Part shown: positions 41,041-54,552 of the stretch, piece by piece
Layout: each line of letters starts with the position of its first letter
Position numbering within the stretch: position 1 is the stretch's first letter
NCBI GenBank assembly: GCA_951406725.2
Contig: OX597817.1
Span: forward strand, 116,560,001-116,624,000
Source of the DNA: Octopus vulgaris
Taxonomy: Eukaryota
Reading direction: 5' to 3'
Length of the DNA: 64,000 bases
Program-made: the position numbers and the translations under genes
The notes under the pieces: generated by a model
The model's input: the letters and a program-made list of their open reading frames with translations, nothing else
Database searches by the model: none
Told to the model about the DNA's origin: nothing

Positions 41041-42095
41041 ACACACACACACACACAAGCACACACACACACATATATATATATAGATGCGAGTGTGCGT
41101 ATTTCAGTGTCTGTGTGAGCGCCTATATATACAGTATATACATATATGCACAGTATGAGTGGTTGTGTAATAAAGAACTACGCTTCGCTGCCAAGTACAT
41201 TCAAATTCAATCTGAATGAGCAGCACCTTAGGCAAGTATTTTCTATTAAAGGTTCGGGCCGAATAAAGCTCTGTGAGAGAATATTACAAACGGAAAGTGT
41301 GCAGAATATCATTACATACACACACGCCGAAACACACACATTCACAAATAAATAGATATTTGCGTATGTGTATTTATGTATATGTATGCGCTTTTTCGTG
41401 AATGCACACGCATGTGTATGTGTCTGTGCATGTTTGTATGTGTGTGTGTGTATGTGCGTGTATGTGTGCGTGTGCACGTGCGTGTGTATATCACGATAAT
41501 CTTCACGTTTACTATATTGCGTTTAAGTTCATATTTAATCAAGACGTACATTTTTAGGCGGATATTTGATAAAAATTTCGAATTTATCTAAATTGTATGT
41601 GCCGAAAGCATAAATGTATAAAGCGAGTGATGTGAACATTGGATTAAAATATCAGAGGTTGACATTTTCCCATTTCTACATAAAATTAGCGCCAGAGAGT
41701 CACAATAATTGTTTATCTTTATGCAGTGCATGTAATATATTTTTCAAAATGTAACAGGAATGCATTGCAAAAAATACGAACGTTCCATGGTGCTCGAAAA
41801 AGTAGTCTTAGAAACAACTTCTTACAGTACATACTCAACAAATGAATTCAATCAAAGTATGTGTATGATGCATTTATATATTCAAATAAAATACATTTTA
41901 CTGCTCAATTTCTGGAACTTAGTTATTTTCGCAAAGAATTAACTTAGTTATTTTCGTAAACCAAATAAAAAAGGAAGTGGTTAAATATATTTGAGTTATA
42001 AACACAGTGGAAAACACGAACAGTAAACATCGTGGCTTCAATATTTCATTACTATTGATGAATGAATATTCCCCGAAGGTTATGTAGAATTACTA

Positions 42096-43360
42096 TTAGG
42101 TTGTTCCGAAAATAATGGCCGATTTCAAAAACATAATTTTGTTCTGGAAAAATTAACAATAGAAATGTTGTGATTAGTCAATGTATGAGCCGCGAACATC
42201 TATGCATCTCTGCCATCGATCAAAGAGAATAATCATACTACGTTCATCAAAACTTATTGGCTTTGATGCTAAGAAATCCATGAAAGCTGATTTCACCTCC
42301 GGTTTGGACCTGAAAGTTTCATCACTTAAAACGTGTTTAAATGCTTTAAAAGGTGGTAGTCGGTGGGTGAAAGATCAGGAGAATATGGAGGATGTGGTAA
42401 AGTCTCGTATCCCACGTTTGTGATTTTTTGCAGCATGATTCTTGAAACATGTGGCTTTGCATTATCGTCGAGCAGAATTGGGCACTCCGATTCGCTAATG
42501 CAGGTCACATTTTTGGCAAGTGAGCATGCATTTCAGCGAGTTGATTGCAGTAAACTTCTGCTGTAATACTCTGATTGGCTGTAATGAACAACACTAGTTG
42601 CAGACCACCAGACAGCCACCATAATCTTTTGCTGATGCAACTTTGGCTTTGGGAAATGTTCGGGGGCTCATTACGATCAAGCCATTGACCCGATCGTTTA
42701 CGGTTATCATAACGGATCCACTTTTCATTACAAGTGAATATTCAGTCAAGAAAAGGATAATTGATGTTTCGCAGAAAGAGCATAGAACATACTTCAAAAC
42801 GCCGAACTTTTTAATTTTCATTGAGCTCATGCTGTATTGAATTATCGAGCTTTTTCACCTTACCAATTTTCTGCAGATTGGCGTGAGACCGTTGCCATAC
42901 TGACATCCAGGGCCTGAGACATTTCTCTGACAATTTGATGTGGATTTTTATTCAACAATTGCTTTCAATTGCTCATTGTCAAGACTGCATGACTGTCCTC
43001 TAGCTACTTCAAGGCTCTCATCACCACTTCGGAAATTCTGAAACCACCTTCATATTGTGCGGTCACTTGTGGACCCCTCTCCCAATGCTCTACTGATATT
43101 GGCAGCAGTTTGGGAGGTATTGTGCCCAAGCTTGAACTCATAAAAGAAAAGTAAGCGAAAGTCGTTTTTATCATGTCCATAATTAAGGGCGCCTATGTTT
43201 CAAGAATGTTTTCTATCTGAAATAAATAGAACATTATTAAAGTGCATACATCAATTATTAAGTATGTCGAAATTCACCTAAAATATAATTAAAATACTAT
43301 GATAAAATTGCGTTCCAAAGCACAACACTTAGAGAGGCTATTATTTTCGGAACAACCTAA
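42096..43360 (-). mobile_element. Full-length (1265-bp) mariner DD34D element with a defective transposase
   Basis: TIRs TTAGGTTGTTCCGAAAATAAT at both ends, with TA at 42094-5 and 43361-2. Motifs PILLDDNAKPH and PHPPYSPDLSPTDYHL are present. Confidence 0.92.
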
Positions 43361-43724
43361 TACTATAAATAAGAACACAAATCATAAATAAATCTAGGCA
43401 CGCGCGCACACTAGCCCACATACGTTCACACACATATACGCATTCCCTTGTGTCAATGAGCCGATTTCTTTATGAGCATATTGTCGTCGTAAAACGGGGA
43501 AATTGTTAACCTGTGACTTCTGAACAGCGACCAGCATACTTGCGTTCGAGTGTGCTGAAATGTATTAAGAAAAATAGGCAAATATTTATTCCAGATCTCA
43601 CTGTTTACAGCGCAAATAAGTTTTTTTAATCGGTTGGTAGGTATAAGCACTAATCAAGGAACAGTTTGTTCGCTCAGCTTATAAGCAAATCCAGTGGCTT
43701 TTTAGATTCAAATGTCCAAGTGTT

Positions 43725-43768
43725 TCCAACTGACGAGACACAATATGTCAAAACACCGGCGTCTCAGA
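43725..43768 (+). ncRNA. Degenerate minimal hammerhead motif, family 5
   Basis: CTGACGA-gaca(caata)tgtc-AAAA-caccggcGTC. G12 is A, at a former CpG. Stem III is near-palindromic and stem I is weak. Confidence 0.55.
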
Positions 43769-45586
43769 ATCTCTTGCGCCAATGAGTCGATTGCGTTATA
43801 AACACATTCTTGTTGTGAAAGGGAACTGTCTTCTTGTAACGTACACTACATTGTCTAGCATATTTGTGTTTGCATTTTTAGGAACGTATTAAGAATAAAT
43901 GTGCAAAGCATAATTCGGATACCACTGCACACAATATGGCAAATAATGATTTTTCACATGGAATAAATCCAAAAATGTTTCAGATACTAAACTTAGAATA
44001 GCTTAAAAAAAAACAAAAAAATAATTTTATACTAGTGAGAAGGGAAACAAGGGAGATTAACATTTAATGCGATTCTTTGTCAACAAAATCAGGGACAAAT
44101 AAATAATCTACTGGAATATAATTGCTTATTACATATGGCAAACAGAATTGATTTTGAGGAAATTAATCCTCTTTGGACTAGGTAATCTTCATCATATCCG
44201 AATATAAGACCCCAGTACCTGACAATACCAGTGAAAGAACATTTGGGGTCAGGTGCGTCAATTAAATTCCGGAATATCAAGGTCTCCACTGTATTTCTCT
44301 ACTTATAATAGTACCGGTCAAATAAAAACATGAAAAATATGTGCGTTTATTAAGAAATACAAACAGCAATTAAATGGAAGTTGCTTTCTAAAGCTATTCC
44401 ACCAAAACAACTGATGTTAGGGAAAGAAAAAGAAAATACTAAGTAACGGGCTCCATTTACACATGCTTCACATATTGTTAATCACGCAATGGAACCGACT
44501 GAAGATATATAGAAATTTTTAAAGAAATTCTGAAGATTTTTCATTTCCCTGTATAAACCCATACACACGTGTATGAACATACGTATGTATTTTTCGATTA
44601 TATTGAAAAAGGAAAAGAATTCCTTTCATGTATGCATGTGTGTTTGTGCGGGTGTGCGTGTTTATATATGTGTGTGTGTGTGTTTGTGTGCGTGTGAGTG
44701 TGTCTGTGTGTGCGCGTAAATGTTATCAATGTCTTATTTTCCCTTCGAAGTTTCCATACTGAATGGTAAAAGCAGTTTCTAAAAATGTGAGTATGCATGT
44801 ATTTCTATAAGTGTGTATGAATATGTATGTGTATAGATGTATGAATATGTATATGCACGTATGTATAAATGTATAAGTAGTTGTTATCAGTGGTGTCTAT
44901 TTACTTCGATGAATCACCCCTGGCTCCTAAAACAGGACTGATTAAAGTACCCAGCCTTGGTGTAGCGTCAAAATAATGTTATCAATGATGGCAAATTTAC
45001 TTCGAAGTTTCTCCGATATATTCTTCACAAAGCAGTCTTTGATAAAAATGGTTTGATATGTGTGTATGTATATATACGTGTATATATACATGCATACATA
45101 TCTACGTACATACATTCACACACACACATATACACGAATTTGCTTGCTTGTGTATGGATGCTAGGGTGTATGTAAATTTGTGTGCACTTTAAAAGTATAT
45201 TTTATTCTGTATACGAGTGTATTGATGTGTATAGATTATGTCATAGCATTTAAAAGCATGCCTGAACCACTAAGAACCGAATTTGCTCGGTCGCGCAGTT
45301 TGTATTAACACCTTCATAAACAGAGCAACTTCATTTAGGTTTATATTATATACATGCATATTCACACAAATCAGCTGCTTGGATTTTTAGAAAAAGAAAT
45401 CAACTGAGCCGCACATTATAAATACAGTCTGTAAGCAGAATAATAAAACTATGCAAGACACGTTTCAGGTTTAAAATGTGACATTGTTTTGGCTATCTAC
45501 ATTCCAACGATGAAGCATTGTATCTTTGTTAGAAACCAGCACGTTTTTCGAAGGAAGAATTTAGATAATTAAGAACAGAAAACAAC

Positions 45587-45965
45587 GTGTGGTAAGTAGC
45601 TTTTTACCAACCACATGGTTCTGGGTTCAGTCCCACTGCGTGGCACCTTGGGCAAGTGTCTTCTACTATAGCCTCGGGCCGACCAAAGCCTTGTGAGTGG
45701 ATTTGGTAGACGGAAAACTGAAAGAAGCCCGTCGTATATATGTATATATATATATGTGTGTGTGTGTTTGTCCCCCTAGCATTGCTTGACAACCGATGCT
45801 GGTGTGTTTATGTCCCCGTCACTTAGCGGTTCGGCAAAACAGACCGATAGAATAAGTACTGGGCTTACAAAGAATAAGTTCCGGGGTCGAGGTGCTCGAT
45901 TAAAGGTGGTGCTCCAGCATGGCCGCAGTCAAACAACTGAAACAAGTAAAAGAGTAAAAGAGAGA
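45587..45965 (+). mobile_element. SINE family A, well preserved
   Basis: Close match to the reverse complement of 2293-2641. Tail GGTGGTGCTCCAGCATGGCCGCAG...CTGAAAC. Confidence 0.9.
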
Positions 45966-46014
45966 GTATACGTACATACATAAATACAAATATATACATA
46001 TGTATATATGTATG

Positions 46015-46048
<34 letters not shown>

Positions 46049-46057
46049 CGTGCGTGC

Positions 46058-46089
<32 letters not shown>

Positions 46090-46364
46090 ATATACATGTG
46101 AAATAAGTCTTTTTGGAACAGTGGATATCGGTGCAGATAAAGCTATAAGTAATAGCTCTTATCTCTATTTTGGAAACTTTAACCCTACAATTCTCTGTCG
46201 CGTGTGCATGTTTAATGGAAGTGTAGATTCAACTCCCATAAGAAGCCTACGACATTATTTTATACAAAGGGTCTTTTAACTCAGCATTTACACGCAATTA
46301 TTAATCACTTCCATAATTAAGTTGCTTCGAGAACCACCGTTCCAAAACAGAATAGGTATATCTT

Positions 46365-46745
46365 TTAATCTTTTATCGTTTACTTGGTTCAGTCATCGGA
46401 TTGCTCTCATGCTTAGTTTTTTGCTGAACTAAACCTCTATGTTACGGGGTTGTAAAAGACCGAAAACCTGTTGTCAAGTGGGGGCTAGGGGGGAGCGAAC
46501 ACTCACATACAGACATACATACATACATACATACATACATACATACATACATACATACATACATACATACATACATACATACATACACACACATGCACGC
46601 ACACACACAAGATGGTCTTCCATCTACCAAATTCATTCAGGCAGCATTGATTGGACCAAGATAAAAATAAAAGACACGCCGTGAGATTGAAGCCAAAATG
46701 ATGTGTGCGCGAGAGAAGTTTTTTAAACGCAGACCTATGCGTATG
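46365..46745 (-). mobile_element. SINE family A, degenerate
   Basis: TTTACTTGGTTCAGTC, GTTGTCAAG and CATCTACCAAATTCATTCA segments. Confidence 0.65.
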
Positions 46746-46839
46746 TTTGTGTGTGTGCGCGCGCTATTTCAACTAATTCAATGAAAACCTATGTTATGTG
46801 ATATGCTTGATTAAAATTAGCGAATTATTTGTATTATTT

Positions 46840-47256
46840 ATTTCTTTATTGCCCACTGGGGGCTAAACATAGAGAAGACAAACAAGGACAGACAAAGGGA
46901 TTAAGTCGATTACATCAACTCCAGTGTGTAACTGGTACTTCTTTAATCGACTCCGAAAGGATGAAAGGCAAACTTGACCTCGGCGGAATTTGAACTCAGA
47001 ACGTAACGGCAGACGAAATACCTATTTCTTTATTACCCACAAGGGGCTAAACACAGAGGGGACAAACAAGGACAGACATAGGTATTAAGTCGATTACATC
47101 GACCCCAGTGCGTAACTGGTACTTATTTAATCGACTCTGAAATGATGAAAGGCAAACTTGACCTCGGCGGAATTTGAACTCAGAACGTAACGGCAGACAA
47201 AATACCGCTAGGCACTTCGTCTGGCGTGCTAACGTTTCTGCCAGCTCGCCGCCCTA
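46840..47256 (-). mobile_element. SINE family B, head plus tandem second unit
   Basis: Near-identical to 13394-13800. Junction at 47022/3. Confidence 0.9.
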
Positions 47257-48348
47257 ATTACTAATATTATCACTTAATTGTTTTTATTGAAAAGGGAGAC
47301 AAATTGGCAGAAACGTTTGAGCGACATAGCAGTTTTTTATTCTGGCCCCTAACTTTCTGATCTCAAATTACTACAAGATCAACTTTGTCATTTCAAGAGT
47401 AAGTAAAGTATAGTGACGTCCTCTAGTCGACTGTATCGAGTAACCCATCCCCTCAAATTTATTATGACTGTGTTTACATCGGAAACAATCAAACGTTTTA
47501 TCAACAGTATTATTTCATTATGTAATTAATTAATTATTGTAATGTTTGCATTGCTAATTATATTCTTCGTTAATGCATGTATTATAGCTTGTATTATTAT
47601 TATGATATGTTTTGGTTTTGCTTTAATTTATGAGTTGCATCCAAGTCTTAACCAGAGACGTTATGGGGCAACAAGGTTTTGCGTCTGAATCGCTGGTCTT
47701 CAACCAATTTTCTAAAGAATTATTTCTTTGACTACAAGTTATATCTCTGCATATAGATTTTCAACGTATCGAAGTTAACTTCCCGTCATGGTATCGCTAA
47801 AGAATAAAAATATTTTTTTTAATAAGCAGCAATTCACGAAAATATTTAAGATATTTCTTTTAATGTAGTTGTTTATGATGTTTTGCTGTTGTTTCCGTTA
47901 TTGTTATCTGGCTCCAGGCTATGCTTAATCATGCAGACATGATCAAACATATTCCAGCCGAGAAAAAATTTAAAAAAATTTTTTATTTTATTTTATTTTG
48001 AGAGGCGAGGGTTTGAGCTATAGCAGATTGAATTCTCCATCATATAACGTAACTTTCCTTACTTATGATAACTTTGGCAGAGACGTTTTCTTACATTCAA
48101 TTTTATATTACAATTTGTGGGCAGTCAGGTCGATGAGTGCAGTTTTCTAGATGACCGATCAATGTTTCGTTGTACTTAAGATGCAGAAGACGATAAGTGT
48201 GGGTCTTCTCAATTCAAGCAGAAGAAAGAAATGCATGATATATTTTATTCATACTAATTTATTACTTTTCTCTTCCATGTTTACATCTTTTGGCGATATA
48301 CAGCATCAAAATATATACTCATTCCCACACACATACATATATAATATA

Positions 48349-48900
48349 TACAAGGTGCAAGAGGTATTGGGGACATATTTGGCAATTTAACAATATATAA
48401 AATCTAATCGAGCAAAAATCAAATGCATTTCAATAGATAGAAATGTGTGCACATGTTCGCAATAAGCTTTCTCATAAGATTATTCTATTAATCAATCCTG
48501 AGCGTCAGTGCGGAACTAGAATCGTCGCCATGCCTGTAATAAATGGTCCTTATTTATTTTAGTCATCAACTGGGCAGTGGAGAACTTCAGTGAAACTGTC
48601 GTTGTGAGAATGTCGATCAGCATCCCTTTTAACTTCGCTTCAAATGTTGCAGTCATTGAGATTAAAATATGGCGAGTTCGAAGACCACAAGCTTGGCGTT
48701 ACATAATCGTAAAGATTATCAAACATACATTCTTAAAATATGTAGGCTTTGTAAGGGGGTACTAAGGCTTACTGAAATATGTATGGCCTTCAACTGAATA
48801 TTTCATCCATGCTAAGCTTTATAAGTCTCTTCAGCATCTCAATGTATCCAGGTGCATTAATTCTCAAACCTTGTGGACAAATGTGAAGCAGCTTAACATG
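48349..48900 (-). mobile_element. Tc1/mariner (DD37D maT-like) 3' fragment
   Basis: A degenerate TPSLWSSNSPYFNLND stretch resembles WPPNSPDLNPLD. It starts after a TA tract. Confidence 0.55.
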
Positions 48901-48911
48901 GATATTTTTGT

Positions 48912-49358
48912 TTTAATATACCAGAACAATTTTTGTAAAAAAATTAAGTGATTTTGTTGTTATGACTGTTTGGGAGGCTTATAAGCGTTACAATAATAAC
49001 TATCCGGATTGGTTTTGGCCATTTTTTAAAACTTAAAAACCATGAGGGACCCTTTACGGGAAAAAAATAATAAATAAATAAATGTAAATATTTTCCGAGG
49101 TGAACAATTCAAGTGAGGTTTAGCTGTTTTTTTTTAATATACCAGTATGATCTTTGTTTAAAAAATTAGGAAGGTATTTTATTGTTGTGGCTGTTTGGAA
49201 CGCTATAAGCCTTAAAATAATGAATATCCGGACCGATATTGACTACTTTTTAAAACTTAAAAACCATGGGAGGAATCCCTTTCAGGGAAAAACAAAGTTG
49301 CAGATATTTTCAGAGGAAAAGTTGAACAATTCAAGGGATATTTGGCTGTTGTTTCTAG
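48912..49358. repeat. Diverged tandem duplication, about 222-bp unit
   Basis: TTAATATACCAG, CTGTTTGG, TATCCGGA, TTTTTAAAACTTAAAAACCATG and TGAACAATTCAAG each occur twice in the same order. Confidence 0.8.
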
Positions 49359-50777
49359 CACAACCCAAACCATCCTTCGTTTTCACTCTCACATGTATTG
49401 ATGTTTTTCAATATTTTTCTCCCATTAAAAATATTTTATGGAATGATGATGCCGAAGTAACTTATGCGTGGTTCATTGGTGGTATATAAGCAACAAAAAA
49501 AATTGTAATCTAAATTTTTACCCCCACCTCAATCAAGTGAAGCCGTGTGTGTGTGTAAGAAAAAAAAAACATTTTATAAGTGAAAAGTATGGTATTAAAA
49601 ATGAATTATCGTTTACGTTACTCATTTAAAAAAAATAACTGTAGATAAATGTCAACAATGATCGTCTCAGATTCTCTAATATTTTAAATTATAAACAGAA
49701 ACAGAGTCGCAGAGTGGGGTTGCAAAAGAATTATAACTTTTCAGATTTTCTTTTTTCATAGCACATAAATGTATTTATAGGGAGAAAAATATCGAAAATC
49801 ATCAATACATGACATCTTGAGGATGCATCTGAGAAAATATTACAAACGTTAATTAATGTTTACGATGGGTTTAGAAACTTCTTTTACTCCAAATGAATTC
49901 ACAGGTACGGATACGAGAATTCTCTTTTCCCATATCACTCCTTGTTTTTACGTTAGACCCCATCCCACCACAATTTTCCATTCAAGTGTCTGTTTTAATG
50001 GGATCCCATATCTGGATAACATTTATATTTGTTCCTAAAGGATGTGACTGTTATCGTTATAAAATACATTTGTTGTACAATCTAACCTATCTTGAAATGA
50101 AAATTTTAGGTATCGGGATTGTATTAATTAATATACACATTATCGTAACGTTCATAATATTTTAAACTATGATGCAAATGTTTAATTATTCAACTCATTA
50201 TATTTATATTTAAAAAATGTTATTTTAATAATCAATAATAATTCAATATAATTATATGTAATTTGAAATGAGAGGAAAATTAATTTATTTATTAGGGTAT
50301 ATTACAAGAAAATATTTTAATTCATCAATCAAAAATTATACACATGAAACGTTTATCTATAAGCATTTATTTATAAGTCTAGTATCTCTTTTCGGAATTA
50401 TTGAATATCAAATATTTGAAATAAATATTTATGTATTTTCATGTTTTTATTAATCAAAAATGATCAATTGATTAAAAACTAATTATATGCATTCCTGATG
50501 GGAATATTTATTTCGTAAAATTTATTACAATTTTTATTGTTTTAAAATTATTGATAGACAAAAATACAATTACAAATTTGTTAAATCATAACTCTTTAAA
50601 AATTTATGGAAAGGATAAGGGAAAATTTGAAAGCAAATAGAGTATTCAAAAATGCAATAATCTTGATGGTAACAGTCAGGCGAAACAATGTGTAATAATT
50701 CCACATAACACAGATGTCGAAATTTCGCGAACAGTTCCGACCGCGTATTTCAATCGTAAAATTTAGAATATAAAATC

Positions 50778-50979
50778 ATTTCTACAATAGACAATGGTCT
50801 AAAATTTCGGGAGATGAGGCTGGTCGATTACATCAACCTTAGCGCTCAAATGATACTTATCTTATCAAACCCGGAAGGATAAAAAGCTAAAGTCGACCTC
50901 AGCAAAATTTAGACTCAGAACGAAAAGTCACTAAATGTTTTGTCCGGCGTGCTAACGCTTCTGCCAGATCGCCGCCTTA
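50778..50979 (-). mobile_element. SINE family B monomer (another at about 51310-51504)
   Basis: GTCGATTACATC, AAAGTCGACCTC and GGCGTGCTAACGCTTCTGCCAGATCGCCGCCTT. Confidence 0.8.
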
Positions 50980-52004
50980 TTTCGGAAATATAATGCAAGG
51001 GTTTGAAATGGGAATAGCAGTTGAATTGCAGAAAAGATGCACAACAAAGAGATCACAAAATAAATTTCGATCCTAAATGAGTATGCAGATAACTGAGCCT
51101 AACAACCTCACAAAACGTTGTTATAACCAAAACCTCTAGATATAATAGGGAAATGGAATATTCTCCGATAGTTACACTTCATCCATAAATTCAAAATCTG
51201 GATGCTAGAATACAAATTAGGACTTACTCCTGATTTGTGAATATACCTGTCCTATGAAATTTCTCATGCAGAATATATTAGCTCATTTAACGATAATTAA
51301 TTCTATTTAAAATTTTAGGGGAGAGGAGTACTAATCGATTATATCCGTCACATTGCACTAATAGTACTTATTTTCTCAAATCCAAAAGGGTAAAAGATGA
51401 AGTCGATCTTGGTGGAATGTCAACTCAGGACGTAAAGAGCCAAAAGAAATGCCAATAAAGCAATTTCCTCAGCGCACTAACAATTCTACAAGCGCGCTGC
51501 CTTAGGTTACAAAAAGATGTTTCTGTTAAAATTAATCAGAGTGAAAATTACTATGTCCATGAGTTTTAGAGATTCTTCGAGCTTGGTACAATTAATGTGA
51601 GTGATAGTCAAAGTTAATTCCAGCTGCGAAATGGTAATAGCGAAACCGAGTTGAAGAGTAAAAAAGAGTTCGGCACCCATTGATTGACTAAACGGATATT
51701 AAATCAATTTCATATTTTCCTAAAGAAAACAAAATATGTAATATCCTTATATATATATATATATATATATGTGTGGCATAAAATGCAGTGAATTTAATAT
51801 CAGAGCACTTTAAGCTGATCCTTTTCTTTTCTTTGTTTTTTTTAATGTATTTTGTAATTGTATCTTGGCTATCACAATATATATGGCTACATTTGTGTTT
51901 GCAAACTGTTGGGAATGATATATCACTCTGGGTGGGCATTATCGAACTGACTGAAGTGGCGAGTGGATCTAACGAAGAAATTTTGGAAACAAACACCTGA
52001 GGAG

Positions 52005-52110
52005 GATCAATTTACACCCTGTTCAAAGATGTGGGGTAGTGTGACGTCACCCTCACTCGAGACGCACCCAAAGACACCATGTTTAGGGAAATTTGATTTT
52101 CGTGAAATGC
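52005..52110 (-). mobile_element. Short maT-like transposase fragment
   Basis: VFGCVSSEGDVTLPHIFEQG is similar to MVLGGISNEVDVMPHF at 53.2 kb. Confidence 0.55.
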
Positions 52111-53169
52111 ATGCCATGCCTTGTAGCATTTACAGTATTCTCAGAGCATTCAGCGGAAGTCCCGATGCAGCATTTTCAATATTCAATGACTTCCAATCCT
52201 CTATATCAGCTAAATTTTTGTCGTCCACAGCTTTAATATTTATGATCTCCAACGCCGCTAACTTCTCACCAATACGTCAAGCTGTTTCTTAAAAGAACAG
52301 ACACAAATCCCGAAAATCATTAGCGTCACTCTGTGCGACCGTCTTTTTCAGTCCGCCGCAAGCATTTTTTAAAGTAATTTCATAAAACAAGATAATTTGT
52401 AGCATTTGGAAAATGTTCTAATATGACGTCATTACAATTATGAATTTTCGATATAAATTCAAGTGGAGGTCTGATATTTCTTTTTCCTTTGATTTATATT
52501 TCTTTCGAAAATTTCGTCGACTTTTATTGCGATGTCATAATTTACCAATTTTCCTTATAAATACACGCCGATGGTTTTCAATTAATATATTTGAAAGGAC
52601 GAAAATATAATAATGAAAGCAATCAATTTTTAAAATTGAATACAGATGAGCAACACTGAGAAAAATAAGTGTTGCATTTTTTCTGTTCAAAGTGTAATTT
52701 GTCTCACACGCCATTGAAAAATATCACTATGAGTGTGTTACTCTCAAATAGTGAGGAAAAAGTAAGAAGATAATGTTGGGAAGACTGCAAGAAGAAAAGA
52801 CAAGCTGATAAAAATAGCGACAGATTTACAATCAGTAAAACAGTTATTTCTGTTGTAAATCTATTTGGATGTTTTTAATGTAATACCTTGTACTACTTGA
52901 AACTACTTATTGTTGAAGTGAGGAAAACTTCAGTTAGTAAAGCCGTCAATTCTGCTGTTTGTAAGGTAAAATATCATACTTTTCCACTTAAATAGTTGTT
53001 CATATAACACAATTATCTTTTATCATATACTTGTTTCAGTCACTGGACTTCGGCCGTTCTAGACCGCAACCATCAAGTGTTTCATCAAATAGATCGATCC
53101 TGCACTTAGTGCTAACTAAACAAGTTAAAACACCCAGAGGTTTTGAATGCTTTACTTGTCTCCGAAGGA

Positions 53170-53630
53170 ACGACAACTTTTTATAGACACAAACGAGTTT
53201 TCAACGGTCATGCATTCCAAGTTCGTAGCAACTGTGATGGTTCTGGGAGGCATCAGCAACGAGGTAGATGTCATGCCTCACTTTTCTTTACAGGTCTTAA
53301 GAGTCAATGCCGCTATATACACGCAGGTGTTACAGAGAGTGGTGAGGCCCTGGATAGACTAAATATGCAGCAGATGACCATACGTCTTCCAACAAGACTT
53401 TGTCTCGTCTTATAAAGCTACAACACAAGCGCCAATGCGTTCCAATCTCAATGGTCATATCATCCCAGACACATAGCCTGCTAGTTTACCAGACCTCATT
53501 GTACTGGACTATTACGCACGGGGCGTAGTGGAGAGAGCAGTCAATAAACACTCCAAAATACCATACACTCTATCAAGTTCGCCACAACCAGCACTATCCA
53601 AAATTGATAAAGCTCATCTGCTTCGAGCAT
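53170..53630 (+). mobile_element. Tc1/mariner (DD37D maT-like) transposase fragment
   Basis: VMVLGGISNEVDVMPHF, VNAAIYTQVL, YVFQQD and LPDLIVLDYY. Confidence 0.75.
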
Positions 53631-54552
53631 GGGTCATCCTGTCAATAATGCGGGTTGTTTCAATTGCATGAACTAAAAATCGGAGGTAGACGGGATAAAA
53701 CTACCTGAATCAACTTGCTTTAAAAGTAGGGAGTAATTTTACAATTTATCTTATTCTTAGTGCAAGTTTTGAAAAGTGCAGTTCGATTTTAAGTTATTTT
53801 TCCAAAGCTGTAATGGAAGTGACAAAGGAGCATATTCGGCTTATTTTGCTTTATTAGTTCAATAAAGGCAACAACGCAACGGTAAGTGCTAGGAATATTA
53901 ATGCAGTACATAGGGATCGGCTAATAAGTGTAAGCCAATGTCAACGGTGGTTCCAGAAATTCCGAGCCGGACACTACAGCGTAGAAGACGAGTCTCGTCC
54001 TGGAAGATCTGTAAAGGACGACAAGAACGTCCTGCAAACCCTGGTGAAACAAAATTCCATCGTAACTGTTGAAGAACTAGCAGAGAAGCTTAGATTTGTT
54101 CATTCAAGTATTCATCGACACCAGTGCTAGAAGAACGACCACCTTTGGGATCAAGACGAAAGGTATTCTTCTTTTACGATAATGCTCGGCCACATACAGT
54201 GAGGATGACATTCCGAAGGCTGGAGCAGCTTGAATGGGAAACGATGCCCTACGCATTATATTCACCGGACATTGCCCCATCTGATTACCATTTATCCCGC
54301 AGTCTTCAAAATCATTTGGACGGAGAAAATATGAAATTTGTAGACGAGGTCAGAACAGTACTGGAGGAATATTTTTCGTCACGAACAAGTGATCTTTGGA
54401 AGAGAATCCTCGGAATTCTACTAGATAGATGGAAGAGCATTGTAGAAAAAGAAGGAGAGTATATTTTAGATTATAACAGTACTTTGTTTATCTTAATTTT
54501 GAAAATTAAAAGAATTATGAAAAATCGCATTATTCATGGGATGATAAACAAT
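53631..54552 (+). mobile_element. Internally deleted mariner element
   Basis: MEVTKEHIRLILLY, CQRWFQKFR and EDESRPGR are joined directly to YDNARPH and YSPDIAPSDYHL. Imperfect TIRs: GGGTCATCC..AATAATGCG and CGCATTATT..GGATGAT. Confidence 0.85.

Noticed and set aside
51860-52290. Minus-strand protein-like frames around the maT fragment
   Set aside because: Interrupted by stops and not assignable to any family.
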